DNA of 64,000 nucleotides, from assembly GCA_963823035.1 (NCBI GenBank), contig CAWGKG010000010.1:160001-224000 (forward strand), in the 5' to 3' direction. The translations under genes and the position numbers were made by a program. Shown here in pieces: positions 62,285-64,000 of this stretch (position 1 is the first letter of the stretch; each line of letters opens with the position of its first letter). Origin of the DNA: an uncultured Gemmatimonadales bacterium (GTDB lineage: Bacteria; Gemmatimonadota; Gemmatimonadetes; Longimicrobiales; Gaopeijiaceae). The notes beneath the pieces were generated by a model. The model ran no database searches and was not told the DNA's origin. It worked only from the letters and a program-made list of their open reading frames with translations.

Positions 62285-62893
62285 GCACCGCTCTCCACCG
62301 ACGCGACGTGGTCGCGAGGCTGCTCGAGGACCGTGGGGACCTGCTCGTCGTGGCCGGGCTGGGCGCCCCCGCGTGGGACTGCGCCGCGGCGGGCGACCAC
62401 CCGCTCACCTTTCCTCTCTGGGGCGGGATGGGGCAGGCGGCCATGGTCGGTCTCGGCCTGGCGTGCGCCCGCCCGGACCGTCGCGTCCTGGTGGTCACCG
62501 GGGACGGCGAGATGCTCATGGGCCTGGGCGCGCTGGCCACCATCGCGGTGCAGGGGCCGACCCATCTGACCGCTGGTCGTGCTGGACAACGAGCGCTACG
62601 GCGAGACGGGGATGCAGCCTACGCACACGGCGCACGGCGTGGATCTCTCGGAGGTGGCGCGCGCGTGCGGGTTCCCCCACGCGCTGCGTGTAACGGACGC
62701 TCCGGGTCTCGAGGAGCTTCGTTCCCTGATGCGCGCCGCGTCCGGGCCCGTGTTCGCGGCGGTCAAGGTCGTGGCGGAGTCACCTCCGCTCGCGCTCCCG
62801 CCGCGCGACGGCGTTGCGCTCAAGCGTCGGTTCAGGGAGGCCATGGACGGGCTCGGGCTCTCCGAGGGGAAGGCGCGGAACTGGGTACAGTGA
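62281..62893 (+). CDS. ThDP-binding beta subunit (ComE-like); frameshift near 62570
   Basis: WGGMG, GLGLA, TGDGE.LMG...DNE.YGETG ThDP-binding motif; ATGA overlap. Confidence 0.78.
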
Positions 62894-62903
62894 CGGCGGC
62901 CTT

Positions 62904-63536
62904 CTAGCCTCCGTCCTCCGCTCCCTCCTGGACCTTCGCCAGCGCCGCCGTCACCTGCCCGTTGGTCGGGCGGATCTTGTAGTTGATCTCGATGAACTTC
63001 CACCTCACCACGCCGTCACGATCGATGACGAAGGTGGTGGGGTGGGGGATCGGCCGTGCGCGTGGGTCCTGCTGATTGAGCAGGCCGTAGCGGTCGATCA
63101 CCGAGTGCTCGGGGTCCGACAGGAGGGTGAAGTCGAGCGTGCGGCCGTCCGACTCCGCCACACGGTCGATCATCATCTTCTGGTGCTCCCGGTCGTCGAT
63201 CGAGAGCGCCAGGATCGCGGTACGGGCCTTCTGCTCCGGCGTCAGGAGGTCTCTCAGCTCACCGAGCTGACGGGCGCACCAGGGTCACCAGTAGCCGCGG
63301 TAGAAGACGAGGATGACCTCCTTCTTCCCGCGGTACTCCGAGAGGGTGACGACGCCGTCGTCGTAGGAGGCCAGCGCGAAGTCCGGGGCGACGTCCCCGA
63401 CGGCCACGCGCCCGGTGTCCGCGGCCGCGAGGTCGTGTCCGTCGACCGGCCCCAGCGTGCGGCCGTCCCGACCGCAGGCGACGGCCAGAACGGCGGACGC
63501 GACGAGGCCGAAGGTGCGTAGGGAGGGTCGGAGCAT
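62904..63536 (-). CDS. AhpC/TSA peroxiredoxin-like probable lipoprotein with in-frame UGA (selenocysteine) in a UxxC motif
   Basis: ORFs 63285-63536 and 62904-63176 are in the same frame; read-through gives VGDVAPDF...VILVFYRGYW-U-PWCARQLGEL...LLSD...YG...P.TFVIDRDG.VRW. Confidence 0.88.
63254..63270 (-). promoter_or_regulatory. Candidate bacterial SECIS hairpin
   Basis: mRNA UCAGCUC-GGU-GAGCUGA, stem starting 15 nt and loop 22 nt after the UGA. Confidence 0.7.
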
Positions 63537-63651
63537 ACGGGCGTACCGGTTCGGGTCGGCGTCTCGAGGTCGCGGCGAGGATCGTGCGTCACGTCCTCAA
63601 TCCGCGCAAGCGCGGACCGGTTCCCGCCTCCGGGGCCTCCTCGCGCCTCCC

Positions 63652-64000
63652 CTACGACGCGGGTCGCCTCACGATCGGGAGGCGGATCTGCGAGGGATGC
63701 TGCCGTGAGTGGTGGATCACGTTGTGCGCCACCACTCCCTCCGTCTCGTCCCAGATGTTCCCGCCGGTGTTCAGGTTGCGGGTGAAGCGCGGGAAGTTGG
63801 AGCTCGACACCTCGACGCGGATGCGGTGCCCCGGCGCGAACCAGTTGCTGGTCGACAGCGGGCTCAGCTCGATCTCGTAGACCTCGTCCGGCTCCATGAA
63901 GACCTGGTGGTCGTACCCCTCCCGGTAGCGCGCCCGTTGGATGGTCTCGTCGAGGTTGTAGGCCGTCCCGTCCGGGTAGACGTCGATGAGCTTCACCGTG
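63652..64000 (-). CDS. CocE/NonD (S15) hydrolase, C-terminal part (truncated by window)
   Basis: [43 protein letters not shown]. Confidence 0.88.
   Translation of the reverse strand, partial: TVKLIDVYPDGTAYNLDETIQRARYREGYDHQVFMEPDEVYEIELSPLSTSNWFAPGHRIRVEVSSSNFPRFTRNLNTGGNIWDETEGVVAHNVIHHSRQHPSQIRLPIVRRPAS

Noticed and set aside
1..64000. rRNA, tRNA (including tRNA-Sec), integrase, transposase, phage or defence genes
   Set aside because: None recognised by eye; tRNAscan-SE, Infernal and DefenseFinder would be needed to exclude them formally.

Overview
Very GC-rich (about 70% or more by eye), densely coding bacterial chromosome segment. The gene repertoire (SusC/SusD pair, stand-alone TonB-plug lipoproteins, PadR plus orphan MacB-like 'ADOP' permease pairs, many exported S9/M20/M28/M49/CocE hydrolases, Big_1 Ig-repeat lipoprotein) suggests Gemmatimonadota (inference). 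About 48 genes can be reconstructed. Roughly 30 single-base frameshifts split otherwise intact genes, which most likely reflects long-read indel errors. I saw no rRNA, tRNA, CRISPR, prophage or transposase. The best hidden signal is at 62904-63536 (-): a peroxiredoxin-like lipoprotein whose CxxC motif reads W-[TGA]-P-W-C in frame, followed by a hairpin that fits the bacterial SECIS pattern. This is a probable selenoprotein that the ORF track splits in two. Other points of interest: a probable peptide-utilisation SusCD locus with plug-only lipoproteins, three PadR/ADOP modules with candidate operators, a signal-peptide-bearing FAH hydrolase, a Trx-VKOR fusion, an AddA without adjacent AddB, and an isolated ComDE-like decarboxylase.
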